From the NCBI GenBank assembly GCA_964057225.1, contig OZ059897.1, positions 22,320,001 through 22,384,000 of the forward strand: a stretch of DNA of 64,000 bases. The letters are read 5' to 3'. Positions 27,101 to 42,240 of the stretch are shown in pieces. This DNA comes from Auanema rhodensis (taxonomy: Eukaryota > Animalia > Nematoda). Position numbers and translations under genes: made by a program. Numbering within the stretch: the first letter of the stretch is position 1; each line of letters opens with the position of its first letter. The notes under the pieces are model-generated. The model saw only the letters and a list, made by a program, of their open reading frames with translations, had not been told where the DNA came from and did not search any database.

Positions 27101-28690
27101 CGTGAAAGATAAAGAGATGCGGTTTTCAAAATTAGATTCCCCATGTCCATATTAGTCTAAAAACAAATTTTTATTGATATTGGTTCATGGTAACCATGAC
27201 TTTGAAATTTACGTAAACTTTAATTTATGCTAATTAAATGTACACGTGATGTGCACTTGGTATGTAACTCGCTTCACGTGAAAGATAAAGAGATGCGGTT
27301 TTCAAAATTAGATTCCCCATGTCCATATTAGTCTATAAACAAATTTTTATTGATATTGGTTCATGGTAACCATGACTTTGAAGTTTACGTGAACTTTAAT
27401 TTATGCTAATTAAATGTACACGTGATGTGCACTTGGTATGTAACTCGCTTCACGTGAAAGATAAAGAGATGCAGTTTTCAAAATTAGATTCCCCATGTCC
27501 ATATTAGTCTAAAAACAAATTTTTATTGATATTGGTGCATGGTAACCATGACTTTGAAATTTACGTGAACTTTAATTTATGCTAATTAAATGTACACGTG
27601 ATGTGCACTTGGTATGTAACTCGCTTCACGTGAAAGATAAAGAGATGCGGTTTTCAAAATTAGATTCCCCATGTCCATATTAGTCTAAAAACAAATTTTT
27701 ATTGATATTGGTTCATGGTAACCATGACTTTGAAATTTACGTGAACTTTAATTTATGCTAATTAAATGTACACGTGATGTGCACTTGGTATGTAACTCGC
27801 TTCACGTGAAAGATAAAGAGATGCAGTTTTCAAAATTAGATTCCCCATGTCCATATTAGTCTAAAAACAAATTTTTATTGATATTGGTGCATGGTAACCA
27901 TGACTTTGAAATTTACGTGAACTTTAATTTATGCTAATTAAATGTACACGTGATGTGCACTTGGTATGTAACTCGCTTCACGTGAAAGATAAAGAGATGC
28001 GGTTTTCAAAATTAGATTCCCCATGTCCATATTAGTCTAAAAACAAATTTTTATTGATATTGCTTCATGGTAACCATGACTTTGAAATTTACGTGAACTT
28101 TAATTTATGCTAATTAAATGTACACGTGATGTGCACTTGGTATGTAACTCGCTTCACGTGAAAGATAAAGAGATGCGGTTTTCAAAATTAGATTCCCCAT
28201 GTCCATATTAGTCTAAAAACAAATTTTTATTGATATTGCTTCATGGTAACCATGACTTTGAAGTTTACGTGAACTTTAATTTATGCTAATTAAATGTACA
28301 CGTGATGTGCACTTGGTATGTAACTCGCTTCACGTGAAAGATAAAGAGATGCGGTTTTCAAAATTAGATTCCCCATGTCCATATTAGTCTAAAAACAAAT
28401 TTTTATTGATATTGGTTCATGGTAACCATGACTTTGAAATTTACGTAAACTTTAATTTATGCTAATTAAATGTACACGTGATGTGCACTTGGTATGTAAC
28501 TCGCTTCACGTGAAAGATAAAGAGATGCGGTTTTCAAAATTAGATTCCCCATGTCCATATTAGTCTATAAACAAATTTTTATTGATATTGGTTCATGGTA
28601 ACCATGACTTTGAAATTTACGTGAACTTTAATTTATGCTAATTAAATGTACACGTGATGTGCACTTGGTATGTAACTCGCTTCACGTGAA
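20945..28690 (+). repeat. Nested 6-mer within 13/16-mer higher-order repeats
   Basis: The ACGTAAAC marker occurs at 21055, 22111, 23343, 24399, 26159, 27215 and 28447 (gaps of 6, 7, 6, 10, 6 and 7 monomers). GCTATTT occurs at 21425 and 23713 (+13 monomers). Confidence 0.8.
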
Positions 28691-31600
28691 AGATAAAGAG
28701 ATGCGGTTTTCAAAACTAGATTCCCCATGTCCATATTAGTCTAAAAACAAATTTTTATTGATATTGGTTCATGGTAACCATGACTTTGAAATTTACGTGA
28801 ACTTTAATTTATGCTAATTAAATGTACACGTGATGTGCACTTGGTATGTAACTCGCTTCACGTGAAAGATAAAGAGATGCGGTTTTCAAAATTAGATTCC
28901 CCATATCCATATTAGTCTAAAAACAAATTTTTATTGATATTGCTTCATGGTAACCATGACTTTGAAGTTTACGTGAACTTTAATTTATGCTAATTAAATG
29001 TACACGTGATGTGCACTTGGTATGTAACTCGCTTCACGTGAAAGATAAAGAGATGCGGTTTTCAAAATTAGATTCCCCATGTCCATATTAGTCTAAAAAC
29101 AAATTTTTATTGATATTGGTTCATGGTAACCATGACTTTGAAATTTACGTGAACTTTAATTTATGCTAATTAAATGTACACGTGATGTGCACTTGGTATG
29201 TAACTCGCTTCACGTGAAAGATAAAGAGATGCGGTTTTCAAAATTAGATTCCCCATGTCCATATTAGTCTAAAAACAAATTTTTATTGATATTGGTGCAT
29301 GGTAACCATGACTTTGAAATTTACGTGAACTTTAATTTATGCTAATTAAATGTACACGTGATGTGCACTTGGTATGTAACTCGCTTCACGTGAAAGATAA
29401 AGAAATGCGGTTTTCAAAATTAGATTCCCCATGTCCATATTAGTCTAAAAACAAATTTTTATTGATATTGGTTCATGGTAACCATGACTTTGAAATTTAC
29501 GTGAACTTTAATTTATGCTAATTAAATGTACACGTGATGTGCACTTGGTATGTAACTCGCTTCACGTGAAAGATAAAGAAATGCGGTTTTCAAAATTAGA
29601 TTCCCCATGTCCATATTAGTCTAAAAACAAATTTTTATTGATATTGGTTCATGGTAACCATGACTTTGAAATTTACGTGAACTTTAATTTATGCTAATTA
29701 AATGTACACGTGATGTGCACTTGGTATGTAACTCGCTTCACGTGAAAGATAAAGAGATGCGGTTTTCAAAATTAGATTCCCCATGTCCATATTAGTCTAA
29801 AAACAAATTTTTATTGATATTGCTTCATGGTAACCATGACTTTGAAATTTACGTGAACTTTAATTTATGCTAATTAAATGTACACGTGATGTGCACTTGG
29901 TATGTAACTCGCTTCACGTGAAAGATAAAGAGATGCGGTTTTCAAAATTAGATTCCCCATGTCCATATTAGTCTAAAAACAAATTTTTATTGATATTGCT
30001 TCATGGTAACCATGACTTTGAAATTTACGTGAACTTTAATTTATGCTAATTAAATGTACACGTGATGTGCACTTGGTATGTAACTCGCTTCACGTGAAAG
30101 ATAAAGAGATGCGGTTTTCAAAATTAGATTCCCCATGTCCATATTAGTCTAAAAACAAATTTTTATTGATATTAGTTCATGGTAACCATGACTTTGAAAT
30201 TTACGTGAACTTTAATTTATGTTAATTAAATGTACACGTGATGTGCACTTGGTATGTAACTCGCTTCACGTGAAAGATAAAGAGATGCGGTTTTCAAAAT
30301 TAGATTCCCCATGTCCATATTAGTCTAAAAACAAATTTTTATTGATATTGGTGCATGGTAACCATGACTTTGAAATTTACGTGAACTTTAATTTATGCTA
30401 ATTAAATGTACACGTGATGTGCACTTGGTATGTAACTCGCTTCACGTGAAAGATAAAGAGATGCGGTTTTCAAAATTAGATTCCCCATGTCCATATTAGT
30501 CTAAAAACAAATTTTTATTGATATTGGTTCATGGTAACCATGACTTTGAAATTTACGTGAACTTTAATTTATGCTAATTAAATGTACACGTGATGTGCAC
30601 TTGGTATGTAACTCGCTTCACGTGAAAGATAAAGAGATGCGGTTTTCAAAACTAGATTCCCCATGTCCATATTAGTCTAAAAACAAATTTTTATTGATAT
30701 TGGTTCATGGTAACCATGACTTTGAAATTTACGTGAACTTTAATTTATGCTAATTAAATGTACACGTGATGTGCACTTGGTATGTAACTCGCTTCACGTG
30801 AAAGATAAAGAGATGCGGTTTTCAAAATTAGATTCCCCATATCCATATTAGTCTAAAAACAAATTTTTATTGATATTGCTTCATGGTAACCATGACTTTG
30901 AAATTTACGTGAACTTTAATTTATGCTAATTAAATGTACACGTGATGTGCACTTGGTATGTAACTCGCTTCACGTGAAAGATAAAGAGATGCGGTTTTCA
31001 AAATTAGATTCCCCATGTCCATATTAGTCTAAAAACAAATTTTTATTGATATTGGTTCATGGTAACCATGACTTTGAAATTTACGTGAACTTTAATTTAT
31101 GCTAATTAAATGTACACGTGATGTGCACTTGGTGTGTAACTCGCTTCACGTGAAAGATAAAGAGATGCAGTTTTCAAAATTAGATTCCCCATGTCCATAT
31201 TAGTCTAAAAACAAATTTTTATTGATATTGGTTCATGGTAACCATGACTTTGAAATTTACGTGAACTTTAATTTATGCTAATTAAATGTACACGTGATGT
31301 GCACTTGGTATGTAACTCGCTTCACGTGAAAGATAAAGAGATGCGGTTTTCAAAATTAGATTCCCCATGTCCATATTAGTCTAAAAACAAATTTTTATTG
31401 ATATTGGTGCATGGTAACCATGACTTTGAAATTTACGTGAACTTTAATTTATGCTAATTAAATGTACACGTGATGTGCACTTGGTATGTAACTCGCTTCA
31501 CGTGAAAGATAAAGAAATGCGGTTTTCAAAATTAGATTCCCCATGTCCATATTAGTCTAAAAACAAATTTTTATTGATATTGGTTCATGGTAACCATGAC

Positions 31601-34600
31601 TTTGAAATTTACGTGAACTTTAATTTATGCTAATTAAATGTACACGTGATGTGCACTTGGTATGTAACTCGCTTCACGTGAAAGATAAAGAAATGCGGTT
31701 TTCAAAATTAGATTCCCCATGTCCATATTAGTCTAAAAACAAATTTTTATTGATATTGGTTCATGGTAACCATGACTTTGAAATTTACGTGAACTTTAAT
31801 TTATGCTAATTAAATGTACACGTGATGTGCACTTGGTATGTAACTCGCTTCACGTGAAAGATAAAGAGATGCGGTTTTCAAAATTAGATTCCCCATGTCC
31901 ATATTAGTCTAAAAACAAATTTTTATTGATATTGCTTCATGGTAACCATGACTTTGAAATTTACGTGAACTTTAATTTATGCTAATTAAATGTACACGTG
32001 ATGTGCACTTGGTATGTAACTCGCTTCACGTGAAAGATAAAGAGATGCGGTTTTCAAAATTAGATTCCCCATGTCCATATTAGTCTAAAAACAAATTTTT
32101 ATTGATATTGCTTCATGGTAACCATGACTTTGAAATTTACGTGAACTTTAATTTATGCTAATTAAATGTACACGTGATGTGCACTTGGTATGTAACTCGC
32201 TTCACGTGAAAGATAAAGAGATGCGGTTTTCAAAATTAGATTCCCCATGTCCATATTAGTCTAAAAACAAATTTTTATTGATATTAGTTCATGGTAACCA
32301 TGACTTTGAAATTTACGTGAACTTTAATTTATGTTAATTAAATGTACACGTGATGTGCACTTGGTATGTAACTCGCTTCACGTGAAAGATAAAGAGATGC
32401 GGTTTTCAAAATTAGATTCCCCATGTCCATATTAGTCTAAAAACAAATTTTTATTGATATTGGTGCATGGTAACCATGACTTTGAAATTTACGTGAACTT
32501 TAATTTATGCTAATTAAATGTACACGTGATGTGCACTTGGTATGTAACTCGCTTCACGTGAAAGATAAAGAGATGCGGTTTTCAAAATTAGATTCCCCAT
32601 GTCCATATTAGTCTAAAAACAAATTTTTATTGATATTGGTTCATGGTAACCATGACTTTGAAATTTACGTGAACTTTAATTTATGCTAATTAAATGTACA
32701 CGTGATGTGCACTTGGTATGTAACTCGCTTCACGTGAAAGATAAAGAGATGCGGTTTTCAAAACTAGATTCCCCATGTCCATATTAGTCTAAAAACAAAT
32801 TTTTATTGATATTGGTTCATGGTAACCATGACTTTGAAATTTACGTGAACTTTAATTTATGCTAATTAAATGTACACGTGATGTGCACTTGGTATGTAAC
32901 TCGCTTCACGTGAAAGATAAAGAGATGCGGTTTTCAAAATTAGATTCCCCATATCCATATTAGTCTAAAAACAAATTTTTATTGATATTGCTTCATGGTA
33001 ACCATGACTTTGAAATTTACGTGAACTTTAATTTATGCTAATTAAATGTACACGTGATGTGCACTTGGTATGTAACTCGCTTCACGTGAAAGATAAAGAG
33101 ATGCGGTTTTCAAAATTAGATTCCCCATGTCCATATTAGTCTAAAAACAAATTTTTATTGATATTGCTTCATGGTAACCATGACTTTGAAGTTTACGTGA
33201 ACTTTAATTTATGCTAATTAAATGTACACGTGATGTGCACTTGGTATGTAACTCGCTTCACGTGAAAGATAAAGAGATGCGGTTTTCAAAATTAGATTCC
33301 CCATGTCCATATTAGTCTAAAAACAAATTTTTATTGATATTGGTTCATGGTAACCATGACTTTGAAATTTACGTGAACTTTAATTTATGCTAATTAAATG
33401 TACACGTGATGTGCACTTGGTATGTAACTCGCTTCACGTGAAAGATAAAGAGATGCGGTTTTCAAAATTAGATTCCCCATGTCCATATTAGTCTAAAAAC
33501 AAATTTTTATTGATATTGCTTCATGGTAACCATGACTTTGAAATTTACGTGAACTTTAATTTATGCTAATTAAATGTACACGTGATGTGCACTTGGTATG
33601 TAACTCGCTTCACGTGAAAGATAAAGAGATGCGGTTTTCAAAATTAGATTCCCCATGTCCATATTAGTCTAAAAACAAATTTTTATTGATATTGGTTCAT
33701 GGTAACCATGACTTTGAAATTTACGTAAACTTTAATTTATGCTAATTAAATGTACACGTGATGTGCACTTGGTATGTAAATCGCTTCACGTGAAAGATAA
33801 AGAGATGCGGTTTTCAAAATTAGATTCCCCATGTCCATATTAGTCTAAAAACAAATTTTTATTGATATTGGTGCATGGTAACCATGACTTTGAAATTTAC
33901 GTGAACTTTAATTTATGCTAATTAAATGTACACGTGATGTGCACTTGGTATGTAACTCGCTTCACGTGAAAGATAAAGAGATGCGGTTTTCAAAATTAGA
34001 TTCCCCATGTCCATATTAGTCTAAAAACAAATTTTTATTGATATTGGTTCATGGTAACCATGACTTTGAAATTTACGTGAACTTTAATTTATGCTAATTA
34101 AATGTACACGTGATGTGCACTTGGTATGTAACTCGCTTCACGTGAAAGATAAAGAGATGCAGTTTTCAAAATTAGATTCCCCATGTCCATATTAGTCTAA
34201 AAACAAATTTTTATTGATATTGGTTCATGGTAACCATGACTTTGAAATTTACGTGAACTTTAATTTATGCTAATTAAATGTACACGTGATGTGCACTTGG
34301 TATGTAACTCGCTTCACGTGAAAGATAAAGAGATGCGGTTTTCAAAATTAGATTCCCCATGTCCATATTAGTCTAAAAACAAATTTTTATTGATATTGGT
34401 TCATGGTAACCATGACTTTGAAATTTACGTGAACTTTAATTTATGCTAATTAAATGTACACGTGATGTGCACTTGGTATGTAACTCGCTTCACGTGAAAG
34501 ATAAAGAGATGCGGTTTTCAAAATTAGATTCCCCATGTCCATATTAGTCTAAAAACAAATTTTTATTGATATTGGTTCATGGTAACCATGACTTTGAAAT

Positions 34601-36256
34601 TTACGTGAACTTTAATTTATGCTAATTAAATGTACACGTGATGTGCACTTGGTATGTAACTCGCTTCACGTGAAAGATAAAGAGATGCAGTTTTCAAAAT
34701 TAGATTCCCCATGTCCATATTAGTCTAAAAACAAATTTTTATTGATATTGGTTCATGGTAACCATGACTTTGAAATTTACGTGAACTTTAATTTATGCTA
34801 ATTAAATGTACACGTGATGTGCACTTGGTATGTAACTCGCTTCACGTGAAAGATAAAGAGATGCGGTTTTCAAAATTAGATTCCCCATGTCCATATTAGT
34901 CTAAAAACAAATTTTTATTGATATTGGTGCATGGTAACCATGACTTTGAAATTTACGTGAACTTTAATTTATGCTAATTAAATGTACACGTGATGTGCAC
35001 TTGGTATGTAACTCGCTTCACGTGAAAGATAAAGAGATGCGGTTTTCAAAATTAGATTCCCCATGTCCATATTAGTCTAAAAACAAATTTTTATTGATAT
35101 TGGTGCATGGTAACCATGACTTTGAAATTTACGTGAACTTTAATTTATGCTAATTAAATGTACACGTGATGTGCACTTGGTATGTAACTCGCTTCACGTG
35201 AAAGATAAAGAGATGCGGTTTTCAAAATTAGATTCCCCATGTCCATATTAGTCTAAAAACAAATTTTTATTGATATTGGTTCATGGTAACCATGACTTTG
35301 AAATTTACGTGAACTTTAATTTATGCTAATTAAATGTACACGTGATGTGCACTTGGTATGTAACTCGCTTCACGTGAAAGATAAAGAGATGCGGTTTTCA
35401 AAATTAGATTCCCCATGTCCATATTAGTCTAAAAACAAATTTTTATTGATATTGGTTCATGGTAACCATGACTTTGAAATTTACGTGAACTTTAATTTAT
35501 GCTAATTAAATGTACACGTGATGTGCACTTGGTATGTAACTCGCTTCACGTGAAAGATAAAGAGATGCGGTTTTCAAAATTAGATTCCCCATGTCCATAT
35601 TAGTCTAAAAACAAATTTTTATTGATATTGGTGCATGGTAACCATGACTTTGAAATTTACGTGAACTTTAATTTATGCTAATTAAATGTACACGTGATGT
35701 GCACTTGGTATGTAACTCGCTTCACGTGAAAGATAAAGAGATGCGGTTTTCAAAATTAGATTCCCCATGTCCATATTAGTCTAAAAACAAATTTTTATTG
35801 ATATTGGTGCATGGTAACCATGACTTTGAAATTTACGTGAACTTTAATTTATGCTAATTAAATGTACACGTGATGTGCACTTGGTATGTAACTCGCTTCA
35901 CGTGAAAGATAAAGAGATGCGGTTTTCAAAATTAGATTCCCCATGTCCATATTAGTCTAAAAACAAATTTTTATTGATATTGGTTCATGGTAACCATGAC
36001 TTTGAAATTTACGTGAACTTTAATTTATGCTAATTAAATGTACACGTGATGTGCACTTGGTATGTAACTCGCTTCACGTGAAAGATAAAGAGATGCGGTT
36101 TTCAAAATTAGATTCCCCATGTCCATATTAGTCTAAAAACAAATTTTTATTGATATTGGTTCATGGTAACCATGACTTTGAAATTTACGTGAACTTTAAT
36201 TTATGCTAATTAAATGTACACGTGATGTGCACTTGGTATGTAACTCGCTTCACGTG

Positions 36257-39200
36257 AAAGATAAAGAGATGCGGTTTTCAAAATTAGATTCCCCATGTCC
36301 ATATTAGTCTAAAAACAAATTTTTATTGATATTGGTGCATGGTAACCATGACTTTGAAATTTACGTGAACTTTAATTTATGCTAATTAAATGTACACGTG
36401 ATGTGCACTTGGTATGTAACTCGCTTCACGTGAAAGATAAAGAAATGCGGTTTTCAAAATTAGATTCCCCATGTCCATATTAGTCTAAAAACAAATTTTT
36501 ATTGATATTGGTTCATGGTAACCATGACTTTGAAATTTACGTGAACTTTAATTTATGCTAATTAAATGTACAGGTGATGTGCACTTGGTATGTAACTCGC
36601 TTCACGTGAAAGATAAAGAGATGCGGTTTTCAAAATTAGATTCCCCATGTCCATATTAGTCTAAAAACAAATTTTTATTGATATTGGTTCATGGTAACCA
36701 TGACTTTGAAATTTACGTGAACTTTAATTTATGCTAATTAAATGTACACGTGATGTGCACTTGGTATGTAACTCGCTTCACGTGAAAGATAAAGAGATGC
36801 AGTTTTCAAAATTAGATTCCCCATGTCCATATTAGTCTAAAAACAAATTTTTATTGATATTGGTTCATGGTAACCATGACTTTGAAATTTACGTGAACTT
36901 TAATTTATGCTAATTAAATGTACACGTGATGTGCACTTGGTATGTTACTCGCTTCACGTGAAAGATAAAGAGATGCGGTTTTCAAAATTAGATTCCCCAT
37001 GTCCATATTAGTCTAAAAACAAATTTTTATTGATATTGGTGCATGGTAACCATGACTTTGAAATTTACGTGAACTTTAATTTATGCTAATTAAATGTACA
37101 CGTGATGTGCACTTGGTATGTAACTCGCTTCACGTGAAAGATAAAGAGATGCGGTTTTCAAAATTAGATTCCCCATGTCCATATTAGTCTAAAAACAAAT
37201 TTTTATTGATATTGGTTCATGGTAACCATGACTTTGAAATTTACGTGAACTTTAATTTATGCTAATTAAATGTACACGTGATGTGCACTTGGTATGTAAC
37301 TCGCTTCACGTGAAATATAAAGAGATTCGGTTTTCAAAATTAGATTCCCCATGTCCATATTAGTCTAAAAACAAATTTTTATTGATATTGCTTCATGGTA
37401 ACCATGACTTTGAAATTTACGTGAACTTTAATTTATGCTAATTAAATGTACACGTGATGTGCACTTGGTATGTAACTCGCTTCACGTGAAAGATAAAGAG
37501 ATGCGGTTTTCAAAATTAGATTCCCCATGTCCATATTAGTCTAAAAACAAATTTTTATTGATATTGGTTCATGGTAACCATGACTTTGAAATTTACGTGA
37601 ACTTTAATTTATGCTTATTAAATGTACACGTGATGTGCACTTGGTATGTAACTCGCTTCACGTGAAAGATAAAGAGATGCGGTTTTCAAAATTAGATTTC
37701 CCATGTCCATATTAGTCTAAAAACAAATTTTTATTGATATTGGTGCATGGTAACCATGACTTTGAAATTTACGTGAACTTTAATTTATGCTAATTAAATG
37801 TACACGTGATGTGCACTTGGTATGTAACTCGCTTCACGTGAAAGATAAAGAGATGCGGTTTTCAAAATTAGATTCCCCATGTCCATATTAGTCTAAAAAC
37901 AAATTTTTATTGATATTGCTTCATGGTAACCATGACTTTGAAATTTACGTGAACTTTAATTTATGCTAATTAAATGTACACGTGATGTGCACTTGGTATG
38001 TAACTCGCTTCACGTGAAAGATAAAGAGATGCGGTTTTCAAAATTAGATTCCCCATGTCCATATTAGTCTAAAAACAAATTTTTATTGATATTGCTTCAT
38101 GGTAACCATGACTTTGAAGTTTACGTGAACTTTAATTTATGCTAATTAAATGTACACGTGATGTGCACTTGGTATGTAACTCGCTTCACGTGAACGATAA
38201 AGAGATGCGGTTTTCAAAATTAGATTCCCCATGTCCATATTAGTCTAAAAACAAATTTTTATTGATATTGGTTCATGGTAACCATGACTTTGAAATTTAC
38301 GTAAACTTTAATTTATGCTAATTAAATGTACACGTGATGTGCACTTGGTATGTAACTCGCTTCACGTGAAAGATAAAGAGATGCGGTTTTCAAAATTAGA
38401 TTCCCCATGTCCATATTAGTCTATAAACAAATTTTTATTGATATTGGTTCATGGTAACCATGACTTTGAAATTTACGTGAACTTTAATTTATGCTAATTA
38501 AATGTACACGTGATGTGCACTTGGTATGTAACTCGCTTCACGTGAAAGATAAAGAGATGCGGTTTTCAAAATTAGATTCCCCATGTCCATATTAGTCTAA
38601 AAACAAATTTTTATTGATATTGGTGCATGGTAACCATGACTTTGAAATTTACGTGAACTTTAATTTATGCTAATTAAATGTACACGTGATGTGCACTTGG
38701 TATGTAACTCGCTTCACGTGAAAGATAAAGAAATGCGGTTTTCAAAATTAGATTCCCCATGTCCATATTAGTCTAAAAACAAATTTTTATTGATATTGGT
38801 TCATGGTAACCATGACTTTGAAATTTACGTGAACTTTAATTTATGCTAATTAAATGTACACGTGATGTGCACTTGGTATGTAACTCGCTTCACGTGAAAG
38901 ATAAAGAGATGCGGTTTTCAAAATTAGATTCCCCATGTCCATATTAGTCTAAAAACAAATTTTTATTGATATTGGTTCATGGTAACCATGACTTTGAAAT
39001 TTACGTGAACTTTAATTTATGCTAATTAAATGTACACGTGATGTGCACTTGGTATGTAACTCGCTTCACGTGAAAGATAAAGAGATGCAGTTTTCAAAAT
39101 TAGATTCCCCATGTCCATATTAGTCTAAAAACAAATTTTTATTGATATTGGTTCATGGTAACCATGACTTTGAAATTTACGTGAACTTTAATTTATGCTA

Positions 39201-42200
39201 ATTAAATGTACACGTGATGTGCACTTGGTATGTAACTCGCTTCACGTGAAAGATAAAGAGATGCGGTTTTCAAAATTAGATTCCCCATGTCCATATTAGT
39301 CTAAAAACAAATTTTTATTGATATTGGTGCATGGTAACCATGACTTTGAAATTTACGTGAACTTTAATTTATGCTAATTAAATGTACACGTGATGTGCAC
39401 TTGGTATGTAACTCGCTTCACGTGAAAGATAAAGAGATGCGGTTTTCAAAATTAGATTCCCCATGTCCATATTAGTCTAAAAACAAATTTTTATTGATAT
39501 TGGTTCATGGTAACCATGACTTTGAAATTTACGTGAACTTTAATTTATGCTAATTAAATGTACACGTGATGTGCACTTGGTATGTAACTCGCTTCACGTG
39601 AAGTATAAAGAGATTCGGTTTTCAAAATTAGATTCCCCATGTCCATATTAGTCTAAAAACAAATTTTTATTGATATTGCTTCATGGTAACCATGACTTTG
39701 AAATTTACGTGAACTTTAATTTATGCTAATTAAATGTACACGTGATGTGCACTTGGTATGTAACTCGCTTCACGTGAAAGATAAAGAGATGCGGTTTTCA
39801 AAATTAGATTCCCCATGTCCATATTAGTCTAAAAACAAATTTTTATTGATATTGGTTCATGGTAACCATGACTTTGAAATTTACGTGAACTTTAATTTAT
39901 GCTAATTAAATGTACACGTGATGTGCACTTGGTATGTAACTCGCTTCACGTGAAAGATAAAGAGATGCGGTTTTCAAAATTAGATTTCCCATGTCCATAT
40001 TAGTCTAAAAACAAATTTTTATTGATATTGGTGCATGGTAACCATGACTTTGAAATTTACGTGAACTTTAATTTATGCTAATTAAATGTACACGTGATGT
40101 GCACTTGGTATGTAACTCGCTTCACGTGAAAGATAAAGAGATGCGGTTTTCAAAATTAGATTCCCCATGTCCATATTAGTCTAAAAACAAATTTTTATTG
40201 ATATTGCTTCATGGTAACCATGACTTTGAAATTTACGTGAACTTTAATTTATGCTAATTAAATGTACACGTGATGTGCACTTGGTATGTAACTCGCTTCA
40301 CGTGAAAGATAAAGAGATGCGGTTTTCAAAATTAGATTCCCCATGTCCATATTAGTCTAAAAACAAATTTTTATTGATATTGGTTCATGGTAACCATGAC
40401 TTTGAAATTTACGTGAACTTTAATTTATGCTAATTAAATGTACACGTGATGTGCACTTGGTATGTAACTCGCTTCACGTGAAAGATAAAGAGATGCAGTT
40501 TTCAAAATTAGATTCCCCATGTCCATATTAGTCTAAAAACAAATTTTTATTGATATTGGTTCATGGTAACCATGACTTTGAAATTTACGTGAACTTTAAT
40601 TTATGCTAATTAAATGTACACGTGATGTGCACTTGGTATGTAACTCGCTTCACGTGAAAGATAAAGAGATGCGGTTTTCAAAATTAGATTCCCCATGTCC
40701 ATATTAGTCTAAAAACAAATTTTTATTGATATTGGTGCATGGTAACCATGACTTTGAAATTTACGTGAACTTTAATTTATGCTAATTAAATGTACACGTG
40801 ATGTGCACTTGGTATGTAACTCGCTTCACGTGAAAGATAAAGAGATGCGGTTTTCAAAATTAGATTCCCCATGTCCATATTAGTCTAAAAACAAATTTTT
40901 ATTGATATTGGTTCATGGTAACCATGACTTTGAAATTTACGTGAACTTTAATTTATGCTAATTAAATGTACACGTGATGTGCACTTGGTATGTAACTCGC
41001 TTCACGTGAAGTATAAAGAGATTCGGTTTTCAAAATTAGATTCCCCATGTCCATATTAGTCTAAAAACAAATTTTTATTGATATTGCTTCATGGTAACCA
41101 TGACTTTGAAATTTACGTGAACTTTAATTTATGCTAATTAAATGTACACGTGATGTGCACTTGGTATGTAACTCGCTTCACGTGAAAGATAAAGAGATGC
41201 GGTTTTCAAAATTAGATTCCCCATGTCCATATTAGTCTAAAAACAAATTTTTATTGATATTGGTTCATGGTAACCATGACTTTGAAATTTACGTGAACTT
41301 TAATTTATGCTAATTAAATGTACACGTGATGTGCACTTGGTATGTAACTCGCTTCACGTGAAAGATAAAGAGATGCGGTTTTCAAAATTAGATTTCCCAT
41401 GTCCATATTAGTCTAAAAACAAATTTTTATTGATATTGGTGCATGGTAACCATGACTTTGAAATTTACGTGAACTTTAATTTATGCTAATTAAATGTACA
41501 CGTGATGTGCACTTGGTATGTAACTCGCTTCACGTGAAAGATAAAGAGATGCGGTTTTCAAAATTAGATTCCCCATGTCCATATTAGTCTAAAAACAAAT
41601 TTTTATTGATATTGCTTCATGGTAACCATGACTTTGAAATTTACGTGAACTTTAATTTATGCTAATTAAATGTACACGTGATGTGCACTTGGTATGTAAC
41701 TCGCTTCACGTGAAAGATAAAGAGATGCGGTTTTCAAAATTAGATTCCCCATGTCCATATTAGTCTAAAAACAAATTTTTATTGATATTGCTTCATGGTA
41801 ACCATGACTTTGAAGTTTACGTGAACTTTAATTTATGCTAATTAAATGTACACGTGATGTGCACTTGGTATGTAACTCGCTTCACGTGAAAGATAAAGAG
41901 ATGCGGTTTTCAAAATTAGATTCCCCATGTCCATATTAGTCTAAAAACAAATTTTTATTGATATTGGTTCATGGTAACCATGACTTTGAAATTTACGTAA
42001 ACTTTAATTTATGCTAATTAAATGTACACGTGATGTGCACTTGGTATGTAACTCGCTTCACGTGAAAGATAAAGAGATGCGGTTTTCAAAATTAGATTCC
42101 CCATGTCCATATTAGTCTATAAACAAATTTTTATTGATATTGGTGCATGGTAACCATGACTTTGAAATTTACGTGAACTTTAATTTATGCTAATTAAATG

Positions 42201-42240
42201 TACACGTGATGTGCACTTGGTATGTAACTCGCTTCACGTG
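36257..42240 (+). repeat. Second occurrence of the 13-monomer higher-order repeat family (13-mer then 8-mer duplication)
   Basis: The diagnostic GATTCGG monomer occurs at 37316, 39604 (+13 monomers) and 41012 (+8 monomers). The latter two share an extra AAGTAT variant. Confidence 0.8.
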
